From: Seison nebaliae
Lineage: Eukaryota
NCBI GenBank assembly: GCA_023231475.1
Contig: JALJEE010002025.1
Location: forward strand, 1-62,477
Length of the DNA stretch: 62,477 nucleotides
Reading direction: 5' to 3'
Made by a program: the position numbers and the translations under genes. The notes beneath the pieces are model-generated. The model was not told the DNA's origin, searched no databases, and saw only the letters and a program-made list of their open reading frames with translations. Of this stretch, positions 39,196 through 51,212 are shown piece after piece; positions within the stretch are counted from its first letter, which is position 1; every line of letters starts with the position of its first letter.

Positions 39196-41157
39196 TTGAT
39201 GTTCATCAACATAAAAAATGGGAATGAAAAGAAGAAGAAAGATTGGGAGAATAAGAAGAAATTTCCGGGGAAACCACTTAATTCTGTGAAGAAAAAAGTT
39301 GATTTAGTGACGTACGTTGATACGAACAAATTAGAAAAGGAAAGTAAAAATGAAATATTCTCACGTGAATCGTTTGAAGATCTTAAATTACATAAGTTCT
39401 TATTATCGACCTTATCGAAAGTATTTTCTTTCCATCATCCCACACATGTTCAACAGAAAACGATTCCATCGATACTGAATGGAGAGAATATTTGTGTACA
39501 AAGTGATACCGGATCTGGAAAGACGATGGCATATGCTCTTGCTGTTATTCATCTTCTACAAGAAATCCGTCCGAAATTATCTCGAACAAATGGACCGAAT
39601 GTTCTCATCTTAGTTCCGACACATGAACTTGCCATTCAAACTTATAAGATCGTGAGTGAATTATTGAAAAGTTTCATTAATATTGTATCGACTTATTTGG
39701 TGGGTGGAGAGAAGAAGAAAGCTGAAAAAGCAAGATTACGTAAAGGAATCAATATAATTATTGGAACACCTGGACGAATAGATGATCATTTAGAGAATAC
39801 AGATCGATTAGGATTTGGAGAACAATTTAAACATCTCATTTTAGATGAAAGTGATCGATTATTGAGTAAGTCGTTTAAACCGATAATTTATCGAATAAAA
39901 GAACGAATCGATAATGATATATCGAACGTGGAAACGGCCAAATATAAAATTATCTTATTGTCAGCAACAATTAATGAGGATGTCGAAGAATTTATGACGA
40001 AAACGAAAGTCCAATTCAAAAAAATCGAAAACTCAAGAAAACCCAAAAGTTTCCTTCGAACTTGTTCGACTGATGACGCTGATGATTATTCGAAGAATAA
40101 TTATCAAATTCCATCAACATTAAGTCAATACATCGTTCCATGTTCATTTAGTAAACGACTGACGACGCTAATTACGTTAATTCATTCGATTTGTTATAAT
40201 AATTTATCAAAAATTTTCAATCGTTCTAATGAGAAAGAAGAGAAAGAGAAAATTTTAATTTTCTTATCAACAAATGCATCAGCTGAATATCATAAGAATT
40301 TATTTGATATTCTGTTAAAGAATAATTTGAAATTGTTCAACGATCAGATCGATCTCTTATCATTGTATGGAAATTTGGTACAATTGGAAAGGAAGAAAGT
40401 TATTGGTGAATTTGAGAAAAAGAATAGAACATCAATTTTATTTACGACAGATGTGGCATCTCGTGGATTGGATTTCCACAATCTCAAATGGATCATTCAA
40501 TACAATCCACCTGGTGATCCAATCGATTATATTCACCGAGTAGGGAGAACAGCTCGAGTCGGTCGTCATGGTAACGCCATATTATTCTTAGCTACATCTC
40601 CCACGAATGAAATGGATTTCATTAATCAAATGGAAAAAAAATATGAAGGCAACACATCCAAATTTGAGAAGATCTTACCAAAACAATTATCGTTATCATT
40701 CTATGATTATGTATTGAATAATCAGCCGTTGATTGTTGGGGAAATTATGAAATTAAAAAGAAAAGATAATTCTGATACAGAAATTATTGATTGTTATTCA
40801 TTAATGGATCAATTTCAATTATTCTTACAAACTAATATTGATAAAACGATTGCACTTAAACAGCAAGGACGAGAAGCGTACGTTACTTCCGTTCGAGCTT
40901 ATGCTACGTACTCGAAAGAGCTGAAGAATATTTTCAACATTCAACATCTTTATATGGGAGCATTTGCGAAAGGATTTTGTCTATTGGAACGTCCGATTAA
41001 AATCAATCAACAAAATCGTCAAGACGAACTGAGAAAACGGAAAGCAGAACGATCGAACAATAAAACAACAATAAGTAATGATTCGAAATATGATGGAGAG
41101 AAATCGAAAAGAAAAAAATCCTTTTTAAATTATTCTGAATTCGATAGTGGATTTTAA
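39196..41157 (+). CDS. DDX31: DEAD-box RNA helicase DDX31/Dbp7
   Basis: TGSGKT, PTHELA, GGEKKKAEKARLRKG, TPGR, DESD, SAT, TDVASRGLD and HRVGRTAR. Single long ORF. Confidence 0.92.
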   Translation: MMFINIKNGNEKKKKDWENKKKFPGKPLNSVKKKVDLVTYVDTNKLEKESKNEIFSRESFEDLKLHKFLLSTLSKVFSFHHPTHVQQKTIPSILNGENICVQSDTGSGKTMAYALAVIHLLQEIRPKLSRTNGPNVLILVPTHELAIQTYKIVSELLKSFINIVSTYLVGGEKKKAEKARLRKGINIIIGTPGRIDDHLENTDRLGFGEQFKHLILDESDRLLSKSFKPIIYRIKERIDNDISNVETAKYKIILLSATINEDVEEFMTKTKVQFKKIENSRKPKSFLRTCSTDDADDYSKNNYQIPSTLSQYIVPCSFSKRLTTLITLIHSICYNNLSKIFNRSNEKEEKEKILIFLSTNASAEYHKNLFDILLKNNLKLFNDQIDLLSLYGNLVQLERKKVIGEFEKKNRTSILFTTDVASRGLDFHNLKWIIQYNPPGDPIDYIHRVGRTARVGRHGNAILFLATSPTNEMDFINQMEKKYEGNTSKFEKILPKQLSLSFYDYVLNNQPLIVGEIMKLKRKDNSDTEIIDCYSLMDQFQLFLQTNIDKTIALKQQGREAYVTSVRAYATYSKELKNIFNIQHLYMGAFAKGFCLLERPIKINQQNRQDELRKRKAERSNNKTTISNDSKYDGEKSKRKKSFLNYSEFDSGF

Positions 41158-42315
41158 AATCTTATCGTTTATCAATTTCCCAAATTTCAACGATCTTTCA
41201 AATAATTAATTCTTCAAATATCATAAAGACAATTATTATTATGATTCATCTATTTTGTTAGTAAAATTTTATTTATTTTTCTCAAAACCGTTTTAAATCG
41301 CGCGTTCAAAATGATGAGATGTTTGGCGTTTAATTTTCTGAAAGTGACAATATTCGACTGTTTTCCTTCTTATGTCTTAATCCACTTGGACAGAGTTGAT
41401 TAAAAGTTTTCGGATTAACAGAGGAAAGTCGTAGATAATAAATCATTAGAAATCCATTCTCTTCTACTATTGTTGAAAGAGAGGAATAAAGAATGAGACA
41501 ATAAAATTTCTATAATTGATGGAAATTTTATTTGTACGTGTCTCTATTGTGAAAGATAGATGCACTTCCAGTCAATTAATGAGGTGAACATTAGTAATCT
41601 GATAAGTTGAGAGGGGAGATGATCAATCAAAATTCTCTAACGGACTTCAAACTTTATTTTTTTTCTCTTTATTATAGAAATCGAGAAATTTATTGAAGTA
41701 CATTTGCATAATTGGAAAATGGATGGACAATATGATGAGATGGCTGCGACAAGAAACTGAAGACACTTACAGATGGAAATGGAGAGATATTTAAAATAAA
41801 TTTTCGATGACGAAATTGTTTCCGACTGAATTATTTCCCACTTTCTTTTATTAGCTAATAAATAAAAGATTTTCTCTAATGTCTTTATAGGCTGAATGGA
41901 GGGAAGTGTATCTCATTCATGATAATGATGAGAAGTCATGAAAAAATAAAATGACTTCTTTCCTGTCTGGATAATTGATGAGACTATTGATGATATTCAA
42001 CATATCATCATTCTGAATTCCAACCCAAATTTTTTACGGAGTCATTCTGAGGCTAATTCAGTTTAATTATTATAAGAAAAATAATAATTATACGACCTTT
42101 GAACGTTTATGTAAATAGGGCGAGATGAGAATGACGGAAATATTGAAACACTTGAATGAAAAATTTGGGGTTGTTCAAATTGAGTGATAAGTGGGAAGGG
42201 AGACAGACAAAAAATATTGTTTGGAAGGCAATTTCTTTTAGGAGGGAATTATTCAATTTAAGATTCTTTTCATTTTATCGAAATAGAAAGAAAACGTCGA
42301 ACTGTCATTCATTTG

Positions 42316-45300
42316 ATGATGTTGATCTTTTTCTTTTTTATCTTCTCCATCTCCTTCGGACAATCGACAGCAAATTATTTTTATGAATTCAATTATGCTA
42401 CATTACCCAGAACGAACAATATTGTTCTCCAATGTTCAGCAACAAATGAACAACCAATCTGGCTCATGATGACAAGTGAAGAACATTTGAGTTTGTTTGT
42501 TCCTCCAATTTATGATCTCGACTTAAATGAACACGAATGGTCTCTAATTAACAAATCGACTATTCATTCAGATTATATCCCCAAATTTACCGTAAATAAA
42601 TATCTAATGTTTCTCAATAAATCCATCGATCTGATGAGAACTGCTCAAACTTTTGTTAGTTGAACTTGGAATTTTCGTAGTGAACTTTTCTTTAAATTAG
42701 GATAAAACGAGGAAACATTTCGTGACTAAATTAAAATTATATTCTTATCAATATCAATTACAAACTGCACAATATGTTTGTGTAGGAGAAGATAGATTAA
42801 TCGAAATACTTAATGAAACGAAAGAGAAATTTATTGACACGAATCATGTTGGGAATTTGGAGAATGTTGTGATGAGGATTACTGCCGATAATGACGTTAT
42901 TCAACCCAAAATTTATTCAGTTTATGATGAAAACAATTTACATAAGAATCATAGTTTCTTCTACGATTTATCAAATGGAAATGATTGTCCATATGATCAT
43001 GATGATGATGAGATGTATGAAATAAATGTTTTTCGTGCATCTGTCTTCCCATCAAATCGATTGAATGATATACCAGCATCAATATCAAAACATTTATTTA
43101 ATTCATCGATTTATTTATTTTTCGATGATAGTAATAAGTATTTTTTCAAATATAAAGAACCTGCTCGAGATACTGTATCGTCAATGTTTCGTATTTGTTT
43201 CTATCCATTATCTCCAACTTATTGGTCCCAATTATCGATCGAACCGATACAATTCATTTCGGAGACTTTCCAATTGCCTCCAATCAACAACGTGTTTGCA
43301 GATCGATTAAAATTGAATTATCGTCATAAACTTGAGAAATCTTTCAAGGCGAATACCGGCTTCTCAACAATCAATTGGAATTATACGATTCCTTATTTCT
43401 TTGATCCGAGAATTGGATTCCAAATACTACGAATGAGTTACATGAATGACGAGGAGCGTTTTCGTTTCAAATGTACTGCTTATAATCATGCACGAGAGAA
43501 ACGATCTTTTCGGTACATTATCGATGCCTATACTATTCCTGCAGGTTTCATTCGATTCAATTAAAATTAATTTTAATTGTTTTTCAGATAAACCTAATTT
43601 ACCAATACCACAAATTTCAATAAGATCAGGATTATTGCGCGAAATGAGTGATGTTGAAATCGAATGTCGTATCAACATCACAACAACGAAAACTGGAAAG
43701 ACATCATTATCTATTCAATTACCAAAGAACGAAATTGAGCAAGTGAAAGAGAATAATGTTTGTGAAGGAACTTCATGTTACGAAGAATTCTTTGAACGAC
43801 CTATTAAACATAACAACTACATATCTTTCAATAAAATTCTCCAAATTCGAAATATCACAAAACAATTATCTGATGGTAATTACACTTGTATATATAATGT
43901 ATCGGATGATTATTATTATTATGGAAAAGGCATCTCCCAATCAACTCTTCAAGTGGATCTCTTCCGTTATATATTTCTAATTCCCTAAAATAATTTAAAC
44001 CTCTTTTTTTCATCATTAGCCTTACAGAGTCCAAACTTTCAACGAAGTGAATTATTGAAACGGATTACCATAAATCAAAGTGATCACCGAAATACAAAGA
44101 CGAATGATAATGAAATTAGCCAAGAGGAAGATATGATTAAGATTATTGTGAAAAAGAAACAACAATTGTCACTCGATTGCCACATAAAAGATGGTTGGCC
44201 ATTCCCTCAAATTAAATGGTTGAAAGATGGAAAGGAAATCATTCGAAGTGAGGAGAATTGTGTGACGAAATATTTAGCGAACGCTGACGAATTGTCTCAA
44301 ATCAATGATAATGAGACTATCAAAAATATTTACAATGAACTCAGCGTCCAATGTCGACAGATACTGTTGGTGGAAGCGACGAATTCAGATGTCAATGGAA
44401 AATATACATGTATCGCTGATAATAACATAGCTCCAAGAGCCATAAGAAAATATGATGTTGAAGTTCATATAGGTAATCGAAAATTGACAATAATTATCAG
44501 TTTGTCCATTGGTCTATTGATGTTGTTAACCATAATTTCCATAACATTCCGATACAAAATGAAGCTAAAGATGAAGAATAATGAAATAAGACGATTGAAA
44601 AATTTATTAGAGAGTCAAGGTGAAATTGACGAGAACATTCTCATCAATGAACAAACCAAAAATTTAACTTATAACACCGAATATGAAATAGATGATAACA
44701 TGCTCCAATATGGTGACAAAATTGGACAAGGTCAATTTGGCGATGTTTATTCTGGATGGTTATTAACTAAACAGAAAACCGTCACATCTACGTCCACTTT
44801 AGATAGCGGTTTCTCTGACTCTGAAATGGTCTTCCTCCAATCCACATCTTCATCATCATCATCATCATTAAATTCATCGACGGAAAAGTTTGTAGAATGG
44901 TGCAAACGGCAGTTTGACAAAATTTTCTTTCGGAAACTTCGAACTGCCAACGAATTGACAACGAATTCACTATATACGAAAAATGACAAGAATATGTTGA
45001 AGAGAATTAAAGTTGCAATTAAACGGTTAAAAATGAATGACAATAATATGGAAGTGATGGTTGCTGAATTGAAGATTTTGTCGTTCGTCAAAACTCATCG
45101 AAATATCGTTAAGTTTTATGGAGCGCGAGTCAATGAACAATGGCCGTTAAATGCTCGATGTATCGTGTTGGAGTTGTGTAAATTTGGTTCATTGAAAGAT
45201 TTTCTTCAAGAGAATTTTAATGAATACAAATTACAAATTTTAACAGAAGACTTTGATGAAACTGATCCGCCAGAAATATTGATTATTCTTCTTCATTTTA

Positions 45301-45995
45301 TGCATCAAATTATTAAAGGAATGATGCATCTAGTCAATTCGCGTATAGTTCATTGTGATTTAGCAGCGAGAAATGTTCTTGTGGCGGAAGATGGAGCATT
45401 GAAAATATGTGATTTCGGTTTATCAAAAAGTCAAAAACAGGCGAAAGAAAATAATGAACAGAAATTATTACCAATAAAATGGATGGCACCGGAAGCGATA
45501 TCATCATCTATCTTCACGGAGCAAACGGATATTTGGTCTTTTGGTATTTTGCTTTTTGAATTATTCTCATTAGGCTACGATCCATATTCAAGTTGGCGAT
45601 CGATGGAATTTATTGGAATAGAAAATTCAAAAAAAGATATTCCGTTTGGAGAATTAATTAATGGAATTATGAGAGGCAACATCCGACCAAGCAAAACATC
45701 TCTAACACCAAAATCTATTTATGAATTAATGTGTTGTTGTTGGAAGTTGAATGAGAAAGAACGACCATCATTCTCTCAACTGAATGAGCACATGAATGTG
45801 ATAATGAATTGTTTCGATGAAGAGGAAATTAATTTCTTATTTCAAAAATATTTCCCTACCACATGTCCAATGCCGACAAAATATTCTTCAAATGATTATT
45901 TGAGTAAGATTGATTATACGAAATTTAATTCACATCATTCGATTCTTTCAAATGATACTGACAATTATATTGATAGTTTTTCTACTAGTCTATAA
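42316..45995 (+). CDS. Ig-domain receptor tyrosine kinase (PDGFR/VEGFR/FGFR-like), 4 exons
   Basis: Signal peptide, Ig motifs (DGNYTC, GWPFPQIKWLKDG, GKYTCIADN), TM helix, then GQGQFG, VAIK, HCDLAARN, DFG and LPIKWMAPE. Confidence 0.9.
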
Positions 45996-46271
45996 TTCAT
46001 TTTTCAGTTTAATAATAATATTTTGAAAATATTTTGAAAATTTCATAAAGAAGAAAGAATATTTTTGATATCTCCCACAGGACACATATTAACTGCAGTT
46101 TATTCAAACATGTTTATTTAAATAAAATTTTATTATTAATCAATTTCTTATGAAACATGAATTCAATTTCCTTCATGATATTTACGTTCATATTTGTCTT
46201 CTCCTTTTTTGATGTTGCTCAATTGGTCAGTTGCAGTTGAATAGAATAAAATTTTTAAATAAAATGAATTA

Positions 46272-49121
46272 ATGAAAGGTAATATGAGTGATCTCAATAA
46301 ATCGTCGGTCAAATATTATCCATTGGAGACGACATGTCACGGATTATCTAATTTTCACATTATTGATAGTAAGAAAATTCAAACAATCTTTATTCTAGCA
46401 ACTATCGTTAATATTCTTCCCTTTTTCTTATTAGTCTGAATAATTCCACATTATCAGATATGTTTCTTTGCCCTGGTCTCCAATAGCAGTATTCTGATCG
46501 TTGATCATAATAAAAAGAACACATATTTCATTACATCAAATTCTAAATATCAAAATTTACGATTACCAACAATTACAATTTGTAGTAGTAATCAGTTACT
46601 TATTTTTCAGTTAGTTGTAAAATTATGTTTTTGATAGAATATTAAAATCAAAAATGAAGAATGCAATTGAATACGAACATCTTCACAATTTGGAATTTAA
46701 AAAATTTTATGATAAAAAAATCGATTTCAATTCCGTTACCGAATTCTTTCTCTTTCTAATGAATAGAACTGTTCAAGTTGAAAAGAGAGCAAAGATGACT
46801 CAATTTTCTTATGAATACTCCCATATTTTCACCGTATTAGGACAGAATTTATTGGGTTTTAAAATTCTTCACCATCAGTTTTACAAGAACTTTCCACGGA
46901 GCAAACCACCCTTAACATACGAAAAAATTTACCAGAATTATTCATTATACGCCTCAATTATTAACAGCGAAGGACGACGCTTTCACAGAGTTCATGTAAC
47001 ACAAAAGAAAAATATATATGACAACACAATCCAGCCATTCCGTCGATTTTCGATAATGTTACGTTATCTTAATTTGACTCCATCAGTGAAAGATTTTGGT
47101 GGATATTCTAATAGTTTTATTAAAACGGTTAACGAAACATTGGAAATCACCACTTCCGATAGTTGGCCATATTTCAAAAAATTTTTTGTGAAATTTTGGA
47201 AAGACTTAAGCTGCGTAAAGGACAAAAATAACTTAGAACGTTGTCCTTATACTAATGTACCTTATGGTTTTCATCTTGATTTGAAAGAACCATACAAAAG
47301 TTTCTGGGAAGAAGCAGTAACCAGAGTTCTCCATTTCAAAATTTTTGCACTAAAACCATTAAGAAATACATATAGACTGAAAATGGAACTACGTTTATGG
47401 CTGGCATTATTTTCCAACTTTGAAGAACTGTTTACTGTTCTCGATAATATAGTATCGTATAGTTTATTTAACCAATTAAGAAAATTTTATAAGAAGGAAA
47501 ATCTCAAACGAATCCCAGAAAATTTTACTTATGAAGATTTTATACGTAAAAGATATGGAAAATTTGATAGTTTTTACAAAGATCTCCAATTAATTAAAAA
47601 ATTTTTCGTTCGATATCAATCATTCCGTCATGTTTGGAATATTTATGGATTTGGTGAATATAGTTAAATTAAGTCAATATTTTTATTAATTCTTCTTTTG
47701 ATATTATTCAGAAATTAATTTGGGGAAAGTCTTAGAGTTAACTGCTTGGAATATTAACGAAGATCTTCTGGTTTGTTCAATTGGCGGGAGTGTATGTCGA
47801 AGAAATGTTACATTATAATTTTTTCAATTCCAATTTTCCACATTCATTGTTAAAAGCCGTTTAAAAGAATTTATACGATAGAAGGGATTTGTTATCGATC
47901 CGATACACAGTCGATGAAATTAGTGCTCAATAACCAAAGTAATGAAATTGCTACTCAAACGGTTCCAGGTATGACTGGTGGATTGAAAATTATATTCGAC
48001 AATCGTAATTCTTATGATGCCAGTGACTACTCTTTCTTTACAAGAGATTCGAATACTGTCAAAATGTTTGTTCATTCGGAAGATGATTATCCAGCGGTTA
48101 AGACAGGTGGATATTTATTAAACGCTGGATATCATCATGAAATATCGGTAACGTTAAAACAAGTTTGAATAGAAAATTTATAAAGAAAAACCTTCTTTTA
48201 TAAAATTTGTTTAATTAATAACAATTTAGAAAAAAATGATATTACAACAAAATAATGGTGAGAATTCATGCACTAGTTCTTCGTCGTTAACTTGCTTCAA
48301 TCGCTGTTTACAGAAATTTCGTAGAAAACTTAATAAATGTCGACATTTTGGTTATTTTTTTTAAATAATAATCAACTTAACTCTAAAAGATGGTTCTTTT
48401 GATCGGTCATGGATCATTGGAAGAAAGAACGTCGTGTCGGAACAATGTGGATCAATGGCAGATGTACAACTCCTATATGTTTATCCGGACTTTCTTTATG
48501 ATAACGGAGTCATCCAACGAACATGCAAATATTGTATGGCACCGGCATGCAATGAGAAATCTTACATCGTGTCGAATATGCATTCGATTCCTATTGATGA
48601 AAAGAAAATTCCTTTAATGTTGGAAGAACTTCACAGAAAATGTGAAGTTGGTTCTAACAAATTCCTGTATTCAGAAGTTTTGGACGTAGAACATTTCAAC
48701 AAAAATTATTCAACAGAAAAAAAATTAGGACGTAAAAGAAAGTGCATTGATTCGACTAATTGGAAGTTCTTTTCGATTAAATTTCTCCAACAAATTAAGT
48801 TGATTACATTGTTATTACAGAAACAGTGTTTTTAGTGTAAATATTTTTTTCAATGAATTCAACATTATTCGTGAACGAGAAAAATATTTTTGTTCGAACT
48901 ACAAATTATTGGGGGAATTGGGTGGAACGATCGGTATATTTTTGGGAATGAGTTTCGTTACGTTCGTCGAATTAATTTGGTATTGTTGTTGGAATTCAAA
49001 ATATTTCTGGAAGTCAACGATAGACTTGTTCAAGAAACGACAACTCCCAAACGTTTATAAAAAGAAAAAGAGAAATGCAATAATTTTCCCAACAGATCAT
49101 TATATAAGGACAATCTCCTAA
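46272..49121 (+). CDS. DEG/ENaC/ASIC-family channel subunit, 8 exons
   Basis: TTCHG motif, TM1, LPTITICS, GLKIIF, VHS..YP, C..C.PAC, and TM2 GELGGTIGIFLGMSFVTFVE. Confidence 0.9.
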
Positions 49122-49908
49122 TTTTTTATTTCCTCCTACAAATTCTCATTTCAACTTTGATATATATCGTTCCACTTAAAGTTAAGTAACAAATAAATGT
49201 TTAGTTACGAACTTGATCATATATATAATTATATATATAATAAAATACATATATAAATGTTGCAAGTGATAATGAAAAGTATATTTCATTAACATCACCA
49301 AATCTCACAAAAACTCCAATGTCAAATAGAATCTATATTAATGGCTAATACGTCATTTATAGAAGGAAAAGAGGAGTTCTCGATGGATGACTTTTATGGA
49401 TGGACGATTAGTGTTGATCCACATCGATCAACAAACCGTTGCACATAAATAGGAAGCCTTTTCCTATGATATTAACCTTCTATTTTATTCCTTTATACGG
49501 AAATAAAGTATACACCTTCAATTGTTTCCGTGCCGTCCACTGCTAACATAAATCATAAATAAAAGTGATCACTAATATATATTATATCGATAACTGCACA
49601 AGCTCAATTATCAAAATTTCTTCAACATGTTTCGACTCTAAATTATTTTCCTATATGAGCCTAATGTTAACTAAAAAGTTGTTATGGTACTTATCATTCA
49701 GCACGGGTTTATAATAAGCACTTTCTATGAAAAGAAACACTATAAAAATAAAAGTTTCCGTATAAACTTCGTTGAGCTTGAAATTTTTTAATAAAATGAT
49801 ATGAAATTAATAAATAAGTTAAACTTTTTCTCACAGCAATGTATATGAACGGTGTCTGGGTTGTTCTTGAAATTAAAAAAAACAAATATTATTTAAATTG
49901 AAAGCAAA

Positions 49909-50799
49909 ATGGAATATGAAGCTGTCACAAAAGAAGATTTGAATATTTTTGTTCGTTCCGTATTGGCCGAGCTTCCAAGGACGGCGCCCAAGGACAATTG
50001 TGTATCGATTCGACCGAATGATAAGAAACAGGATATTCGAAATCGATTATGGAATTTAATGACAGATCAGCCAGCTGAATATAACCCAACTAGGAAATAT
50101 TTGGTAGATAATTATCCTGAAAGTTGGATCCTCACAGCAGAGAACGTGAGAAAACTTCCGAATTTTTCAAATATTCGTAATATTCGGGTGGATCCTGAGT
50201 ATGCGTATCGATATCTCCGAACTACTCTCCAGAAAGAAAAGAAGAATGTATTTATTCCGCTCTCTCAAAGACAAGATTCAATTCTTTATCAAATACCAAA
50301 TAAATTGATATCGGGGAAATTGGGTACTCCTAGAGACGCCATTGCTGTTAGAACAGAAAATTATCCGGTATTAGATTTAATTATATTCGCAACAGTTGGT
50401 GTTGACTTGTATGGTAACCTTGTAGGAAAAGGTGGACGATTTAACGACTTGGAACTTATGGTGTTAATGGAACTAAATCTGGTAAGAAATGATACAATCA
50501 TCGCTGTATTAGTCGATGAAATTCAAATAATTAAAGGGGAATTGCCAAAGAATTTACGACATAAATATGATATGGTTGTCGACTATATCATCACACCAAA
50601 AAGATTAATAAAAACCGATGTAAAATATGAAAGAACGAAAAAACTCGTGTGGAAAGATATTAATGAAGATCGAATGAAGTATTTGTTTAATTTAAGAAAA
50701 TTGAGATTACAACATTTTTTCGAAGGGAGAGATGTACGATTAGCCGGAGAAAAAAATCATCCAACTATTAATTACTTACAAACTGCTGTACATCATTAA
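49909..50799 (+). CDS. MTHFSD: Methenyltetrahydrofolate synthase domain-containing protein (divergent, no C-terminal RRM)
   Basis: KQDIRNRLWN, IRVDP, LDLIIFATVGVD..G..VGKGGRFNDLE and DMVVDYIITP. Confidence 0.8.
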   Translation: MEYEAVTKEDLNIFVRSVLAELPRTAPKDNCVSIRPNDKKQDIRNRLWNLMTDQPAEYNPTRKYLVDNYPESWILTAENVRKLPNFSNIRNIRVDPEYAYRYLRTTLQKEKKNVFIPLSQRQDSILYQIPNKLISGKLGTPRDAIAVRTENYPVLDLIIFATVGVDLYGNLVGKGGRFNDLELMVLMELNLVRNDTIIAVLVDEIQIIKGELPKNLRHKYDMVVDYIITPKRLIKTDVKYERTKKLVWKDINEDRMKYLFNLRKLRLQHFFEGRDVRLAGEKNHPTINYLQTAVHH

Positions 50800-50967
50800 T
50801 ATTTGTAAAAATATCCTCTTATTTCAAATTCCGTTTTTTTTTTATTTTTTCATATTTCTTAATTCGATTATATTTGCAATTTCTCTTCACTTCAGTTTCC
50901 AGTTTTTTCCATTTAATTAAACCATGAACAACTTATAATTTGTTTAAAAATATTTTGTAAAAATTTC

Positions 50968-51039
50968 GGGCTTGACCGGGGATTGAACCCGGGACCTCTC
51001 GCACCCAAAGCGAAAATCATACCACTAGACCATCAAGCC
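50968..51039 (-). tRNA. tRNA-Pro(TGG)
   Basis: Reverse complement GGCTTGATGGTCTAGTGGTATGATTTTCGCTTTGGGTGCGAGAGGTCCCGGGTTCAATCCCCGGTCAAGCCC folds as a cloverleaf, has A/B boxes and is followed by a T5 run. Confidence 0.97.
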
Positions 51040-51212
51040 ATAACGACAAGAAGATATTGGTCTATTAAAATATGATGAATACATGAAAAGAAAAATTTTC
51101 TACTTTATTTTTTCTAAAGATTTTACATTGTAAACTAACAATTATTAACGATTAAAGAATAGTGAAAGAACGATTATATAAAATGGAACAAAATTAAAGA
51201 GATGTACAAAAG

